The notes under the pieces are model-generated. The model was given only the letters and a program-made list of their open reading frames with translations, was not told the DNA's origin and made no database searches. Of a stretch of 33,858 nucleotides of DNA, positions 24,414 through 33,858 are shown piece by piece (within the stretch, counting starts at the first letter, position 1; every line of letters starts with the position of its first letter). The stretch is from a virus (Duplodnaviria > Caudoviricetes). The position numbers were made by a program, and so were the translations under genes. The stretch is taken from IMG/VR virus record IMGVR_UViG_3300048599_000859, positions 1-33,858 of that record. One strand, 5' to 3'.

Positions 24414-27400
24414 ATGAACCCGGATGGATACATACGGATTGACACTAAAATAGACCAGACCGGCGCTCAGACCGGCCTTGCGCAGCTGACCTCATCGCTG
24501 AAGGGCTTTGGCGGCATGATTGCCGCCACCTTTGCATCTGTGGCCGTCGCCGGCGTGACAAAATTTGCCGGCGCCTGCGTGGATCTGGCGAGTGACCTGC
24601 AGGAGGTGCAGAACGTCGTCGACGTGACCTTCGGCGAATCCAGCGCAAAGATTGAATCCTTTGCTAAGAAGGCTGACAAAAGCTTCGGCCTTTCGGAGCT
24701 GAAGGCAAAACAGTTCAGCAGCACGATGGGTGCCATGACCAAGAGCATGGGCTTTGCGGAGGCTGAAGCGGCCGACATGGCCACGACCCTCGCAGGGCTG
24801 GCCGGTGATATGGCATCGTTTTATAACCTGGACGCGGAGGATGCCTTTGCCAAGCTCCGCAGCGGCATATCAGGTGAAACCGAACCGCTCAAGCAGCTGG
24901 GCATTAACCTTTCCGTGGCGAACCTGGAGGCCTACGCGCTGACCCAGGGCATCACGAAGACCTACGAAGCGATGACCCAGGCAGAGCAGGCCACCCTGCG
25001 GTATAACTACATTCTGAGCGCAACAAAGGACGCCCAGGGCGACTTCGCCCGCACCAGCGACAGCCTGGCCAATCAGCAGCGCATTCTGGCGCTGGAGATG
25101 GAAAAGCTGCAGACCTCCATCGGCAACTTCTTCCTCCCCATCGTGACCGGCGCCGTGCAGGCCGTCAATGGGTTGTTTAGCCTTTTTAATGGAGGGGGTA
25201 ACACGACCAACGCGGCAATTGAGAGCGCGGCAAAGGCTTATGAAAAAACAAAGGAAGAAATCGCCACCACTGCTGTTGAAGCGCAGTATTATGCAGGGCG
25301 GCTCAGAGAATTGGAGGAGGCAGGGCTTAATACGGCAGAAGCCCATAACAAGTACAGAGTGATTGTAAACGAGCTCAACCGGTTAATGCCTGACCTGAAC
25401 CTTAAAATAAGCGAGCAGACAGGCCTTATCGAGAGCGGCACGGAGGCACTGAACGAGCGGATCGAGGCGCTTAAGAGAGAGGCTTACGCTGAAGCAGCAA
25501 AAGCGGAATACTTGGAATTGATACCACTACAAAAAACGGCGAATGACGAGCTTATTAAGGCCAACAAGGACCTTGAGGCTTCGGAAGCCCGGTTGACCCT
25601 CGCACAAGAAAAGAACAATTATCTGCGGGATGAAATCTCAGCAAAGCTTGGTAAAAACCGCGAAGAGCTCGAAAAATATGCTCGTTCTGCGGCAGACCTC
25701 GAAAACGTAGCCGGCCAGATGGGTATTGACATATCCGACCTTACGGATGAGCTGAGCAAAAATTCTGCTGAATTGGCCTCCGCAACCGTAGCTGAGTATG
25801 AGCATCAAAACGCGTATGACAGCGCCCTAGCCACTTATGAAGCCGTGACTGACCAGATTAATGGGATAGTCGAGTCATATGAAGCACTTACCGGGAAAAC
25901 CATACCTGCGACAGAGGCCACTGAGGCGCAGACAGAGGCCGCCAAGACGCAGACCCAGGCCAACAAAAAGCAGATCGCATCGCTCCAAGACCTGGCCACA
26001 GTAGCCAAAACCGTGACGGATAAAACGAACACCCTCACACAGGCCCTGGATGAGCAGGCCGCCGCAGGCACGTTGTCAGTCGACACGGTGAACGCTCTTA
26101 TTGCAGCCGGGTACCAGGCAGCCATCCAGATCAACAGCGAAACCGGCGCGGTGACGCTGAACAAGGAGGCCTACGTCGCGCTGACCGACGCGCAGTACGG
26201 GCAGATGATCGCAAAAACGGAGCTGGCCAAGAAGGACCTTGTGGCCAAAATGGACGCGGAACGGGCCGCGGTGGAGAAGTATGCCCAATCGAATTATTAC
26301 GCGGCGATGTCCACTTACGCGCTTTTAGCGGCGCAAGAGAAGGACCTCCTCGCGTATGACGCTCAGATCGCCACGCTGAAGGCCGCCAAGGACGCGGTGG
26401 GAAAATACACCGGCAGCGTCAGCAGTGGCGCAGGAGGGACTGCCAAGGCCGTCGACAAGGCCGCTAAGGCCTTTGAGGATGGCGTCAAAAAAATTAACCG
26501 CGCCCTGGCGTTGGGGGAGATCACCCAGGAGGAATACTGGCGGCAGTACGCGGAGCTGATGACCCAGTATCTGAAGGAAGGCACCGAGGCGTGGGAAGAC
26601 GCCAACTTCGAGCTTCAGATGGGGCAGAAAGAGCTGCAGGACAGCCAAGAGGAAATGTTCGACAACATGAAGGCCACGGCCGTCGACAGCCTGCAGGAGA
26701 TCAAAGACGAATACGCACAGGCGTTTGATGAAATCCAGGGCAACATCAAAAGCCTGGCTGATCAGCTGGCCGGGATCGATCTTGTGACCGAAACAACGGA
26801 AACGATGTTCGGGCAGAAGATCACCACGATGGATTTTGCAGACATCGGTGACCTGAAGGAAGGCAACGCGGAGCTGGAGCAATACGCCGCGAATGTGGCC
26901 AAGCTGCAGGAGCTGGGCGTCAGCAGCAGCCTGCTGGCCCAGATTTCCAAGATGGACACCGACCAGGCGAACGCGTACATGCAATACCTCATCGGCCTTG
27001 GAACAGAGGGCTTCGAAGCCTACATGGCCGAATGGGAGAAGCGGCAGCAGCTGGCCATGGACGCGGCCAAGCTCTTCTACCAGGAGGAGCTGGATCTCCT
27101 GCAGACGGAATTCGCCGACAAGCTCACCGGCGCTTTGGACACCTTACAGCAGCAGGGGCAGAGTTTGGGTGAGAGCGTGGCGGCTGGAATTGTGGCAGGC
27201 ATTTTGTCCGGGCAAATGACGATCCAGTCGGCTGTGGATCAGGTGCTGGGAAGCGCCATGGGCGGCGGCGGATCAACCACTTTAACTGTGCCGACCGGAG
27301 GCCTGCCGCATCTGGCTGAGGGGGCCGTGATCCCACCCAACCGGAAGTTTTTGGCCGTGCTGGGCGACCAGCGCAGCGGGACGAATATCGAAACTCCACT

Positions 27401-27560
27401 CGACACCATGATGGCGGCCTTCAGGGGCGCCATGGCAGAAAGCGGAGGCATAAGCGGGGATGTTGTCATCGAGAACGTACTGACGCTGGATGGCACAGAA
27501 GTGTACCGGAATCAGAAGCGCGTGAGCCGGCAGCGTGGACGGGCATTAGTAAAGGAGTGA
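24414..27560 (+). CDS. Tape measure protein
   Basis: 1048 aa, helical; DGYIRIDTKID, ASDLQEVQNVVDVTFG, SGETEPLKQLG; C-terminal LPHLAEGAVIPPN. Confidence 0.95.
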   Translation: MNPDGYIRIDTKIDQTGAQTGLAQLTSSLKGFGGMIAATFASVAVAGVTKFAGACVDLASDLQEVQNVVDVTFGESSAKIESFAKKADKSFGLSELKAKQFSSTMGAMTKSMGFAEAEAADMATTLAGLAGDMASFYNLDAEDAFAKLRSGISGETEPLKQLGINLSVANLEAYALTQGITKTYEAMTQAEQATLRYNYILSATKDAQGDFARTSDSLANQQRILALEMEKLQTSIGNFFLPIVTGAVQAVNGLFSLFNGGGNTTNAAIESAAKAYEKTKEEIATTAVEAQYYAGRLRELEEAGLNTAEAHNKYRVIVNELNRLMPDLNLKISEQTGLIESGTEALNERIEALKREAYAEAAKAEYLELIPLQKTANDELIKANKDLEASEARLTLAQEKNNYLRDEISAKLGKNREELEKYARSAADLENVAGQMGIDISDLTDELSKNSAELASATVAEYEHQNAYDSALATYEAVTDQINGIVESYEALTGKTIPATEATEAQTEAAKTQTQANKKQIASLQDLATVAKTVTDKTNTLTQALDEQAAAGTLSVDTVNALIAAGYQAAIQINSETGAVTLNKEAYVALTDAQYGQMIAKTELAKKDLVAKMDAERAAVEKYAQSNYYAAMSTYALLAAQEKDLLAYDAQIATLKAAKDAVGKYTGSVSSGAGGTAKAVDKAAKAFEDGVKKINRALALGEITQEEYWRQYAELMTQYLKEGTEAWEDANFELQMGQKELQDSQEEMFDNMKATAVDSLQEIKDEYAQAFDEIQGNIKSLADQLAGIDLVTETTETMFGQKITTMDFADIGDLKEGNAELEQYAANVAKLQELGVSSSLLAQISKMDTDQANAYMQYLIGLGTEGFEAYMAEWEKRQQLAMDAAKLFYQEELDLLQTEFADKLTGALDTLQQQGQSLGESVAAGIVAGILSGQMTIQSAVDQVLGSAMGGGGSTTLTVPTGGLPHLAEGAVIPPNRKFLAVLGDQRSGTNIETPLDTMMAAFRGAMAESGGISGDVVIENVLTLDGTEVYRNQKRVSRQRGRALVKE

Positions 27561-27564
27561 CAAT

Positions 27565-27933
27565 ATGGTAATTATCGACGATATCGAATACGACGTGCCT
27601 GTGGTGGACATCCAACGCCGAGCGGAGTTTAAAGACAAATACCGGCTGCTGACAGAGGGCGGTTCCTTCGAACGGGAGCTGATCGGTGTGTATTTCAACT
27701 ACACGCTGGTGATCGGCATCATCACAGACAAGGCAAAGTACGACGCGCTGTACGACAAACTGACTGAACCAGTGGAGAGCCATGAGGTGACCGTACCGGA
27801 CCACGACGGCAACCGAACCTTCACGGCCTTTATTGACGTTGTAAGGGATGCCATCAAAAAAAGCAAAGGCGGCGTGAACACATGGACGGGGCTTAGCTTC
27901 GACTATATCGCCAAGGAGCCGACAAGGAGCTGA
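27565..27933 (+). CDS. Distal tail-like protein
   Basis: Short beta-rich ORF after the tape measure; RELIGVYFNYTL, YDALYDKLTEPVESH. Confidence 0.75.
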   Translation: MVIIDDIEYDVPVVDIQRRAEFKDKYRLLTEGGSFERELIGVYFNYTLVIGIITDKAKYDALYDKLTEPVESHEVTVPDHDGNRTFTAFIDVVRDAIKKSKGGVNTWTGLSFDYIAKEPTRS

Positions 27934-27937
27934 TCAT

Positions 27938-29617
27938 ATGGCCAAGCGGACAATATACGCTGAAATCACCCAGCGGTTAATAGACGAAAGCGCAAAACTG
28001 GATGTTAGCTACACAATGGCTGACCTTTTCGTCTGGTCTGACACCGACCAAATAAGAGACGATGTGCCGGCTGTAGACGCCGACAGCTATGCCACACCGG
28101 AGCACAACGCCTGGCTGGCCGATGGGACTATGCAAATCACACCTGACGACGAAACGGCTATCACTTGGGGGGTGTGGTCGGACAGCATCACCGACGCGGG
28201 TGGAGACTTTGCAGCGCCTCCTATGCTGCAGGCTACCTTTATCAGCACACATACAACGCCGGGATTGACCTTTTATTTCGCTGGCGATACCTTCCCCCGT
28301 ACTGTAACCATAGAATGGCGGCAGGGTTCGTCGCTGTTGGACAGCGGAACCTTCACCGTTACCGCTGCTGTATTTTTTGCAAAAAAGCCTGTGGTCGGCT
28401 TTGACGACGTGCGGGTATATTTCAATAACACCCGCGTACCAAAAAGGCGCGTTAAAATCGCAGAGATTGATTTCGGACAGGTGAAAGTCTGGACGCGGGA
28501 AAACCTGATTAGCGCAAGAGTTATTGAAGAAACGGACCCAACCGGTTCTGAGTTGGTTATGGGCTCGCTGGACCTTCAGGTGCGCGACTTGGATGAGGAC
28601 TTTAACCCGCTGAACCCTCAGGGAGTGTATGCGGCCATCCTAAAAAATCAAATCCTCACAGTAAAAGAATACGTGAACGGGGCGCCGACAGACATGGGCG
28701 AATACTTTACAGCCGAATGGGACAGTCCAGCCCCTAGTGTGGCGTCGTTCCGGGCCTTCAACGCGCTGACATTCCTGGACACAGCCGATTACAGCCGAGG
28801 GGGCATGTTCACGAACATCGCGGCATCTCTCATTTTTGCCGATATTTTCAGCGCAGTGGGATGGACCAAGTACGAGGTAGACACCGCCATTGGCGCCGAG
28901 CTGGTCAATGGGTATATTACAAAAGGCACCTGCAGAACTGCCCTTCAGGAGCTGTGTCTTTCCCTGCGCGCTGTAATTATAGTTAAAAGGGACGGCACGA
29001 TCTGGATAACACGCCTGCCGGGTGCCGGCACAGCAGCGGTGATAGAACTGACGGACAAGCTGGGCCGGCCAACGGTATCCCAGCGGACTTTTAAAAATAG
29101 TGTGGCAGTGACCGGTTATACCTTTGCGCTCGATCCTGCCGATTCGACCCTTTACTCCGAAACGCTGGCCGCGGGTACACACGAGGTGACCTTCACAAGG
29201 CCGGCCAGCGCAACTTCGTGGTCAGCAAATATTACCATGATCGAACGGTACGTGCACTACATGAAATTCACTGTCAACACACCCGGTGCCGTAACCGTTT
29301 GGGGCCGATACTATACACCAGCCGGGAGGCCCTTTATTAAGGAGGATGCGGGACTTACAGCGGCCACCAGAGCACAGGCAGAAGTAAAGGATGTGTACTT
29401 AATCACTCCCGCCAACGCCGACGCTGTCGCCCTATTTCTTTATGAATGGTACCAAAAGCGCACGCAACAGAGATTCCGGATGCGGATGGATGGCCGGAGC
29501 ATAGGTGACAACTTAGATGTGGCTACCAGTTTCGGAGCCCGAAAAACCGGGTTGTTGACCAGAGCTGACATTGACCTGACCGGCGGGTATCTTGGGGAAT
29601 GCGAGGTGATCGGATAA
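27938..29617 (+). CDS. Tail tip/baseplate hub protein
   Basis: 559 aa; FNPLNPQG, CRTALQELC..RDGTI; position. Confidence 0.75.
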   Translation: MAKRTIYAEITQRLIDESAKLDVSYTMADLFVWSDTDQIRDDVPAVDADSYATPEHNAWLADGTMQITPDDETAITWGVWSDSITDAGGDFAAPPMLQATFISTHTTPGLTFYFAGDTFPRTVTIEWRQGSSLLDSGTFTVTAAVFFAKKPVVGFDDVRVYFNNTRVPKRRVKIAEIDFGQVKVWTRENLISARVIEETDPTGSELVMGSLDLQVRDLDEDFNPLNPQGVYAAILKNQILTVKEYVNGAPTDMGEYFTAEWDSPAPSVASFRAFNALTFLDTADYSRGGMFTNIAASLIFADIFSAVGWTKYEVDTAIGAELVNGYITKGTCRTALQELCLSLRAVIIVKRDGTIWITRLPGAGTAAVIELTDKLGRPTVSQRTFKNSVAVTGYTFALDPADSTLYSETLAAGTHEVTFTRPASATSWSANITMIERYVHYMKFTVNTPGAVTVWGRYYTPAGRPFIKEDAGLTAATRAQAEVKDVYLITPANADAVALFLYEWYQKRTQQRFRMRMDGRSIGDNLDVATSFGARKTGLLTRADIDLTGGYLGECEVIG

Positions 29618-30081
29618 TGCCGCTGAGCCTGATAACCGATCGCACGCAGGCCCAAGTCGACGAGCTGAAAGCCATACGTGCAAAGTTAAACACCGGCGTA
29701 GCACTGACGACCGCCGAGCAGGCGTCCTGGGAGGCAGGCAAGGGCGGCAACAACGTCGCAGATTTAAACAGAGTAGGCTCCGCAGTGGCGATGTTACGGG
29801 ACATCCTGGCAGAGTACGGGTATACAGTGAACGTCACACCTAAGACTGATTGGGAGGATACGGATACACCGCAGCGGGTCATCGAGATGGCTGTATATCT
29901 CAGAAATGTACAGACGCTGAAGGATGCATTTTATGGAAGCACGCCGTTACCCACCAGCATGGTTGGTATTACCGTGACTGATTTGAATAACATCGAGCAG
30001 CTCCTCCTGGAAATCGAAACGAACATAAACAACATGATCGCGGCGCTGTGGCGATGCGGGGAATTGAGGTGCGGAGAATGA
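29617..30081 (+). CDS. Tail-associated protein
   Basis: LITDRTQA..KG..N..DLNRV..KTDW..YLRNV..NNIEQLL; GAGGTG RBS. Confidence 0.75.
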   Translation: MPLSLITDRTQAQVDELKAIRAKLNTGVALTTAEQASWEAGKGGNNVADLNRVGSAVAMLRDILAEYGYTVNVTPKTDWEDTDTPQRVIEMAVYLRNVQTLKDAFYGSTPLPTSMVGITVTDLNNIEQLLLEIETNINNMIAALWRCGELRCGE

Positions 30082-31502
30082 CGGATGGCGTAATCAAGAA
30101 TACAAAGGATTCGAGGCTTTTAAAAAGCCCGGCGGCGTCTATCCCCAGCACGTTTGACGCATTCAGAAGCCTGCTGACAGGGACGGGTATACCTGTAGAC
30201 CTTCTTATCAACGAAGCCGGATGGACAACTTTGGGTACAGCCTTAGCAAAAGCCGCGCTGCTGAAGGACGTGACCGCGCAAAAGTGTGGGCTTGATCCGG
30301 GTGATGACCCGACTGTAGATGACGCGATATTTGCCATTGCGCCACCGCCTGGGCGCCTTGTGCAGAGCGTGCAGGCTGACCTCGGCCCGGACTATCTGCT
30401 GGCGAACGGCGCGTTTTACGACACCACGCAGTACCCGGAGCTGGGCAGCGTAGACCCCAAAGCCGGGACCTGGCGGCAAATCAAGGAAACCACCACAAAC
30501 AACGTCGCGTCATCGGCCACAAACATCGTTTATTTCAACGGCTATTGGTATTTTGCGACCTCCCACAGCACGGCTTACCTTCGCGTTTGGAGAACCAACG
30601 ATATTGCGGGTACATGGACCTACACCCAGGTTTACTCTGGTTCGTCCTCGCCACAGCGGCTCAAAGTTTTAAATAACACCCTGGTGCTGCTTGTCGAGAT
30701 TGGCACCACTGATAAGACCTGGTTTTCAACGAACGGCACCAGTTGGACGGAAGGCTCAGCAATAGGCACCTACACGGACGCAAACGGCTTCGACATTACT
30801 TGGGACGGGACGCGATACGTGGCGGCCATGTCTTCCGGAGAAACACAGGTTCGGTACGCGACCTCGCTTAGCGGCACGTGGAGCGGATTCACCATCACCG
30901 GATACCGGACAGGCTCGGCCGTTTTATCGATTCTCTACGCCGGCGGGTACTACGTTATTTCTCAGTACGATTCGAGCGCAAACTACACCTACGTGCAGTA
31001 CAGGAGCGGTTGGGGCACATCCGGGTGGACGACCAGCGCGGGCGTCTACGCGAGATTCGAGAATTTGTATTACATCAACAGCAAGTTCATTGCGGTAGGC
31101 GGTCGGGTAGGCTCCGTCAACAAAGTGGCGCTTTACTACGCCACAACCCCGGCGTCGTGGACACGTGTCGTGCTTCCCACCGACACCCTATACTCAGATT
31201 ACAACGTTTACCTCACATTTGACGGCACGACTTATTCTATTTTCGGCCTTACCGGGTCGTCGGAATCCAGCGCCTGGAGCTCGATGACGCTGGAATCAAG
31301 CTGGGTAAGGACAACATCGACGTTAAACATAGGCAGCAGCTCCGTAAAAGTGGCTCTAGTCAACGGTGTATACGCGACAATCTACTGCGACAGCAGCTAT
31401 TACAACATTTACCTTTACTACTCCGGATCGCCGGAGGGGAGCTTTAAAAAACTGCCAACGCAGACCGTCACCGATGCGTATTGCTTTATAAAAGCGAGAT
31501 AG
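30078..31502 (+). CDS. Tail fibre / receptor-binding protein with beta-propeller-like insert
   Basis: GTALAKAALLKD, collar-like YLLANGA..YPEL, repeated S/T-x-x-G-x-x-W-T blades, terminal LP..FIKA. Confidence 0.8.
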   Translation: MTDGVIKNTKDSRLLKSPAASIPSTFDAFRSLLTGTGIPVDLLINEAGWTTLGTALAKAALLKDVTAQKCGLDPGDDPTVDDAIFAIAPPPGRLVQSVQADLGPDYLLANGAFYDTTQYPELGSVDPKAGTWRQIKETTTNNVASSATNIVYFNGYWYFATSHSTAYLRVWRTNDIAGTWTYTQVYSGSSSPQRLKVLNNTLVLLVEIGTTDKTWFSTNGTSWTEGSAIGTYTDANGFDITWDGTRYVAAMSSGETQVRYATSLSGTWSGFTITGYRTGSAVLSILYAGGYYVISQYDSSANYTYVQYRSGWGTSGWTTSAGVYARFENLYYINSKFIAVGGRVGSVNKVALYYATTPASWTRVVLPTDTLYSDYNVYLTFDGTTYSIFGLTGSSESSAWSSMTLESSWVRTTSTLNIGSSSVKVALVNGVYATIYCDSSYYNIYLYYSGSPEGSFKKLPTQTVTDAYCFIKAR

Positions 31503-31512
31503 GAGGCCCGCC

Positions 31513-31725
31513 GTGGAATACAAATACAAGACCATACCCAACCCGCAACTAACTCCAAAAGCCGGGTACGTGGAAGACGAAGACGAGACAGGAGCTCGAG
31601 TCTACCGTCCTACAGAGGAGACCACGGCGGCAGAAGCCCTCGCGCAGCGTTTAAACGGCATTGACGAGCTCACGCTCGACCTTGTATACAGGCAAGTCTT
31701 ACTGGAATGGGGGGTGACAATATGA
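31513..31725 (+). CDS. Small tail-fibre-associated protein (XkdW-like position)
   Basis: AGGAGG RBS; IDELTLDLVYRQVLLEWGV. Confidence 0.7.
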   Translation: MEYKYKTIPNPQLTPKAGYVEDEDETGARVYRPTEETTAAEALAQRLNGIDELTLDLVYRQVLLEWGVTI

Positions 31726-31910
31726 CAGCGCCCAAAGCGTTAATTGACCTGATCAAGCGCAGAACCACGGCAGCGGAGACGCAGGAAGACATCGACAGCC
31801 TCAGAAATACCATTGACGTCCTTTATGCAGCGATGCGGATGGATGACACGCAGTATCTGGAGCTGACGGCATTCATCAACGCCAAGGCAACATCTCTCGG
31901 CCTGAATTAA
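31722..31910 (+). CDS. Small XkdX-like protein
   Basis: IDVLYAAMRMDDTQYLELT; ATGA overlap. Confidence 0.7.
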   Translation: MTAPKALIDLIKRRTTAAETQEDIDSLRNTIDVLYAAMRMDDTQYLELTAFINAKATSLGLN

Positions 31911-31915
31911 GACCA

Positions 31916-31941
31916 GCCGCCCAGAGGGGCGGTATTCTATT
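31916..31941 (+). terminator. Weak terminator-like hairpin before the lysis genes
   Basis: GCCGCCC-AGAG-GGGCGGT then ATTCTATT. Confidence 0.45.
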
Positions 31942-31960
31942 GCTTAAGGAGGCCGCTGAA

Positions 31961-32179
31961 ATGAGATTCAGCAAAATTATTGTAGCAAGCATCATTATAC
32001 TTACGATCATTTTCACCGCAGCCGTGCTCTTCGTATTCTATAAAACCAGCGTTGAGCCGACTTCCCTTGTTGTGGCTTTCTTCGCATTCTCTACCGGCGA
32101 GCTCTGGGCGCTGGCCGGCATAAAGAAGGCAGAGACAAAGCACAGCAGACCACCGGACGATCCGGATAACAATACATAG
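31961..32179 (+). CDS. Small two-TM lysis-cassette membrane protein
   Basis: FSKIIV..TM..EPTSLV..FFAF..GELWALAGIK; AAGGAGG RBS. Confidence 0.75.
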   Translation: MRFSKIIVASIIILTIIFTAAVLFVFYKTSVEPTSLVVAFFAFSTGELWALAGIKKAETKHSRPPDDPDNNT

Positions 32180-32191
32180 GAGGTCACTATT

Positions 32192-32509
32192 ATGAAAATC
32201 TTGGCAGTTATCTCAATCGCCATACTTATTGAGGCGGTGATTCAGGCTATTAAGCCGATCTGGGATCCGGCCGCCGGGAAGCTGACAATTCCTGAAATCG
32301 TCAGCATGGCCATCGGCGTTGTCGTGGCATTCTTCGGCAAGCTCGACCTGCTGGCGGGTCTCGTTGAAACCAGCAGTGTCATACTCCTGCATATTTTCTA
32401 CGTTCTTTCAGGCGTGGTTCTAGGCCGCGGCCCCAGCTTTGTACATGATTTATGGCTGCGCCTGCGTTCCGGATACGGTAACGAATTGCCGCCCGGCGGT
32501 AGTCACTGA
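32192..32509 (+). CDS. Holin-like membrane protein
   Basis: Three hydrophobic segments; LSGVVLGRGPSFVHDL; directly before the endolysin. Confidence 0.8.
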   Translation: MKILAVISIAILIEAVIQAIKPIWDPAAGKLTIPEIVSMAIGVVVAFFGKLDLLAGLVETSSVILLHIFYVLSGVVLGRGPSFVHDLWLRLRSGYGNELPPGGSH

Positions 32510-33246
32510 TGGCAAAAGGATCATGGGTAACGTCCGGGTATAAACCGGGCGATTTACTTATCTTTGATTTTGGCAGCCCCGGCATAGATCATATCGGCAT
32601 CCTGGAGAAGGTCAACCCCGACGGCAGTCTTATTACCGTAGAGGGAAATACGGGGGTTGGCAACGACGCCAACGGCGGCGCGGTTATGCGGCGGACCAGG
32701 TACACCAAAAACGTCATCGGAGCGTGCCGGCCGGCGTACACCGAGGCAATGCCGGCTGAGAAAGTGCTGCAGATCGCGCGCGGCCAGATCGGTGTCGTGG
32801 AAGAGCCTAGAAACTCCAACAAGGTCAAGTACAACGACGCCTATTATGGCCGGCCTGTCAGCGGCCCTGATTACAAGTGGTGCGTGGTTTTTATCTGGTG
32901 GTGCTTTTCACAGGCGGGCATGGCTCCGATTTTCTACGGCGGCGGCAAGACGGCCAGCTGTACCACGCTGGCCACGTTCTACGGATACAAAAAGGCGCCG
33001 GCAGCCGCAAGTACCAAGAAGGTCAGCGTCGCGCTTCCGGAGCTCCGGAAAGGCAGCGAGGGCGCCTCAGTGAGAGCTCTGCAATGTCTTATTAATAGCA
33101 TGGGCGTCGTGGGCCTCACACCTCTTCAGGTTGACGGTGACTTCGGAGACAAAACAGATGATGCCGTACGCCGCCTTCAGAGAGCGCTGAGCCTCACGAT
33201 CGATGGCGTCGTTGGCGTCGACACATGGACAAGGCTGCTCACATGA
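32509..33246 (+). CDS. Endolysin: circularly permuted CHAP domain plus PG_binding_1 domain
   Basis: PGDLLIFD..DHIGI..VEGNT comes before ARGQIG..WCVVFIWWC; C-terminal LRKGS.G..V..LQ..DGDFG..T..AV..Q..DGVVG..TW. Confidence 0.85.
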   Translation: MAKGSWVTSGYKPGDLLIFDFGSPGIDHIGILEKVNPDGSLITVEGNTGVGNDANGGAVMRRTRYTKNVIGACRPAYTEAMPAEKVLQIARGQIGVVEEPRNSNKVKYNDAYYGRPVSGPDYKWCVVFIWWCFSQAGMAPIFYGGGKTASCTTLATFYGYKKAPAAASTKKVSVALPELRKGSEGASVRALQCLINSMGVVGLTPLQVDGDFGDKTDDAVRRLQRALSLTIDGVVGVDTWTRLLT

Positions 33247-33288
33247 TGTGAGCAGCCCAAGCCGTTTTATCGTTATTATAATGCTGTT

Positions 33289-33858
33289 CTAAACCGCTTT
33301 TAAAGCCCTTTTAGCCCTCTGGAGCGTTGATTTGCTTATCCCTGTCAGCTGCTCAACCTGTGTATAGCTGTTGCCTTTCAGTAACTCCAGCGCGTGTTGA
33401 ATCTGCTTTGGCGTATACCGCGGCGGCCGGCCGTCTCTGAAGCCCTCTTTGGTCTTTGCAATAGCTTTGCCGGCAGAAGTCCTCTCTATGATGAGATCCC
33501 TTTCAAACTCCGCAAAAGCGGCCAGGATCGTCACCATGAGCTTCCCCATAGGGGAATTATCCGCAATCCCCATATTAAGCACGTGGACGTCGACGCCGCG
33601 ATCGACGAGCGACCTGATCAGGCTGCATGCCTCCGGAGCGCTGCGGGCGAACCGATCCATCTTGGTGACCTTCAGGACATCGCCCGGCTGCAGCTGAGCT
33701 ATCAGCTTATCAAATTCCGGCCTGTGCAGCTTGGTACCCGTATAGCTTTCCTTCACAATATTTTCGGCGCCGGCATCACGCAGCGCCCGTTCCTGATCTT
33801 CAAAGCTGTTACCCTTGACCTGCTTCGCTGTAGACACCCTTATGTAGCCGTAATTCAT
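33289..33858 (-). CDS. Serine recombinase (resolvase/invertase) with C-terminal HTH
   Basis: [47 protein letters not shown]. Confidence 0.95.
   Translation of the reverse strand: MNYGYIRVSTAKQVKGNSFEDQERALRDAGAENIVKESYTGTKLHRPEFDKLIAQLQPGDVLKVTKMDRFARSAPEACSLIRSLVDRGVDVHVLNMGIADNSPMGKLMVTILAAFAEFERDLIIERTSAGKAIAKTKEGFRDGRPPRYTPKQIQHALELLKGNSYTQVEQLTGISKSTLQRAKRALKAV

Larger units (their letters stand above)
1..33858. mobile_element. Mu-like transposable prophage with siphovirus morphogenesis genes (ends probably outside the window)
   Basis: Gene order repressor/ner/transposase A/B/gam/gemA/mor/gp27-like, then terminase, portal, capsid, tail, lysis and serine recombinase; no tyrosine integrase or replisome genes seen. 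Confidence 0.95.

Noticed and set aside
25170-25900. More AT-rich stretch in the tape measure gene as an inserted element
   Set aside because: Frame stays open and helical; ordinary tape measure mosaicism explains it
30078-31502. Diversity-generating retroelement target in the tail fibre
   Set aside because: No reverse transcriptase and no template/variable repeat pair seen
1-33858. Mu-type terminal TG..CA ends, transposase-binding repeats and target duplication
   Set aside because: The window starts and ends at gene boundaries; no end repeats identified

Overview
The window is almost a whole Mu-like (transposable) prophage from a GC-rich Clostridia-type Firmicute, trimmed to gene boundaries; I cannot see the TG..CA phage ends. 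From left to right: a leftward tandem-HTH repressor and an operator/promoter switch; the early operon (Ner/Cro-like, SleB-like hydrolase, MuA-like DDE transposase, MuB-like ATPase, DNA methyltransferase, Gam, GemA, Mor/C); Mu gp25-27-like genes; a LoaP/NusG-family antiterminator between structured non-coding regions; a non-Mu, A118/PBSX-type siphovirus head-tail module with a small candidate anti-defence island; a lysis cassette with a circularly permuted CHAP endolysin; and a serine recombinase. The most striking signal is non-coding. Three predicted self-cleaving ribozymes lie in the early operon, each at or next to a stop codon: a type II hammerhead before the transposase, and two twisters bracketing the methyltransferase gene. 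The second twister would cut inside the methyltransferase UAA stop codon, and circularising the released 902-nt RNA would rebuild that stop. All calls come from reading motifs and base pairing by eye; no searches were run.
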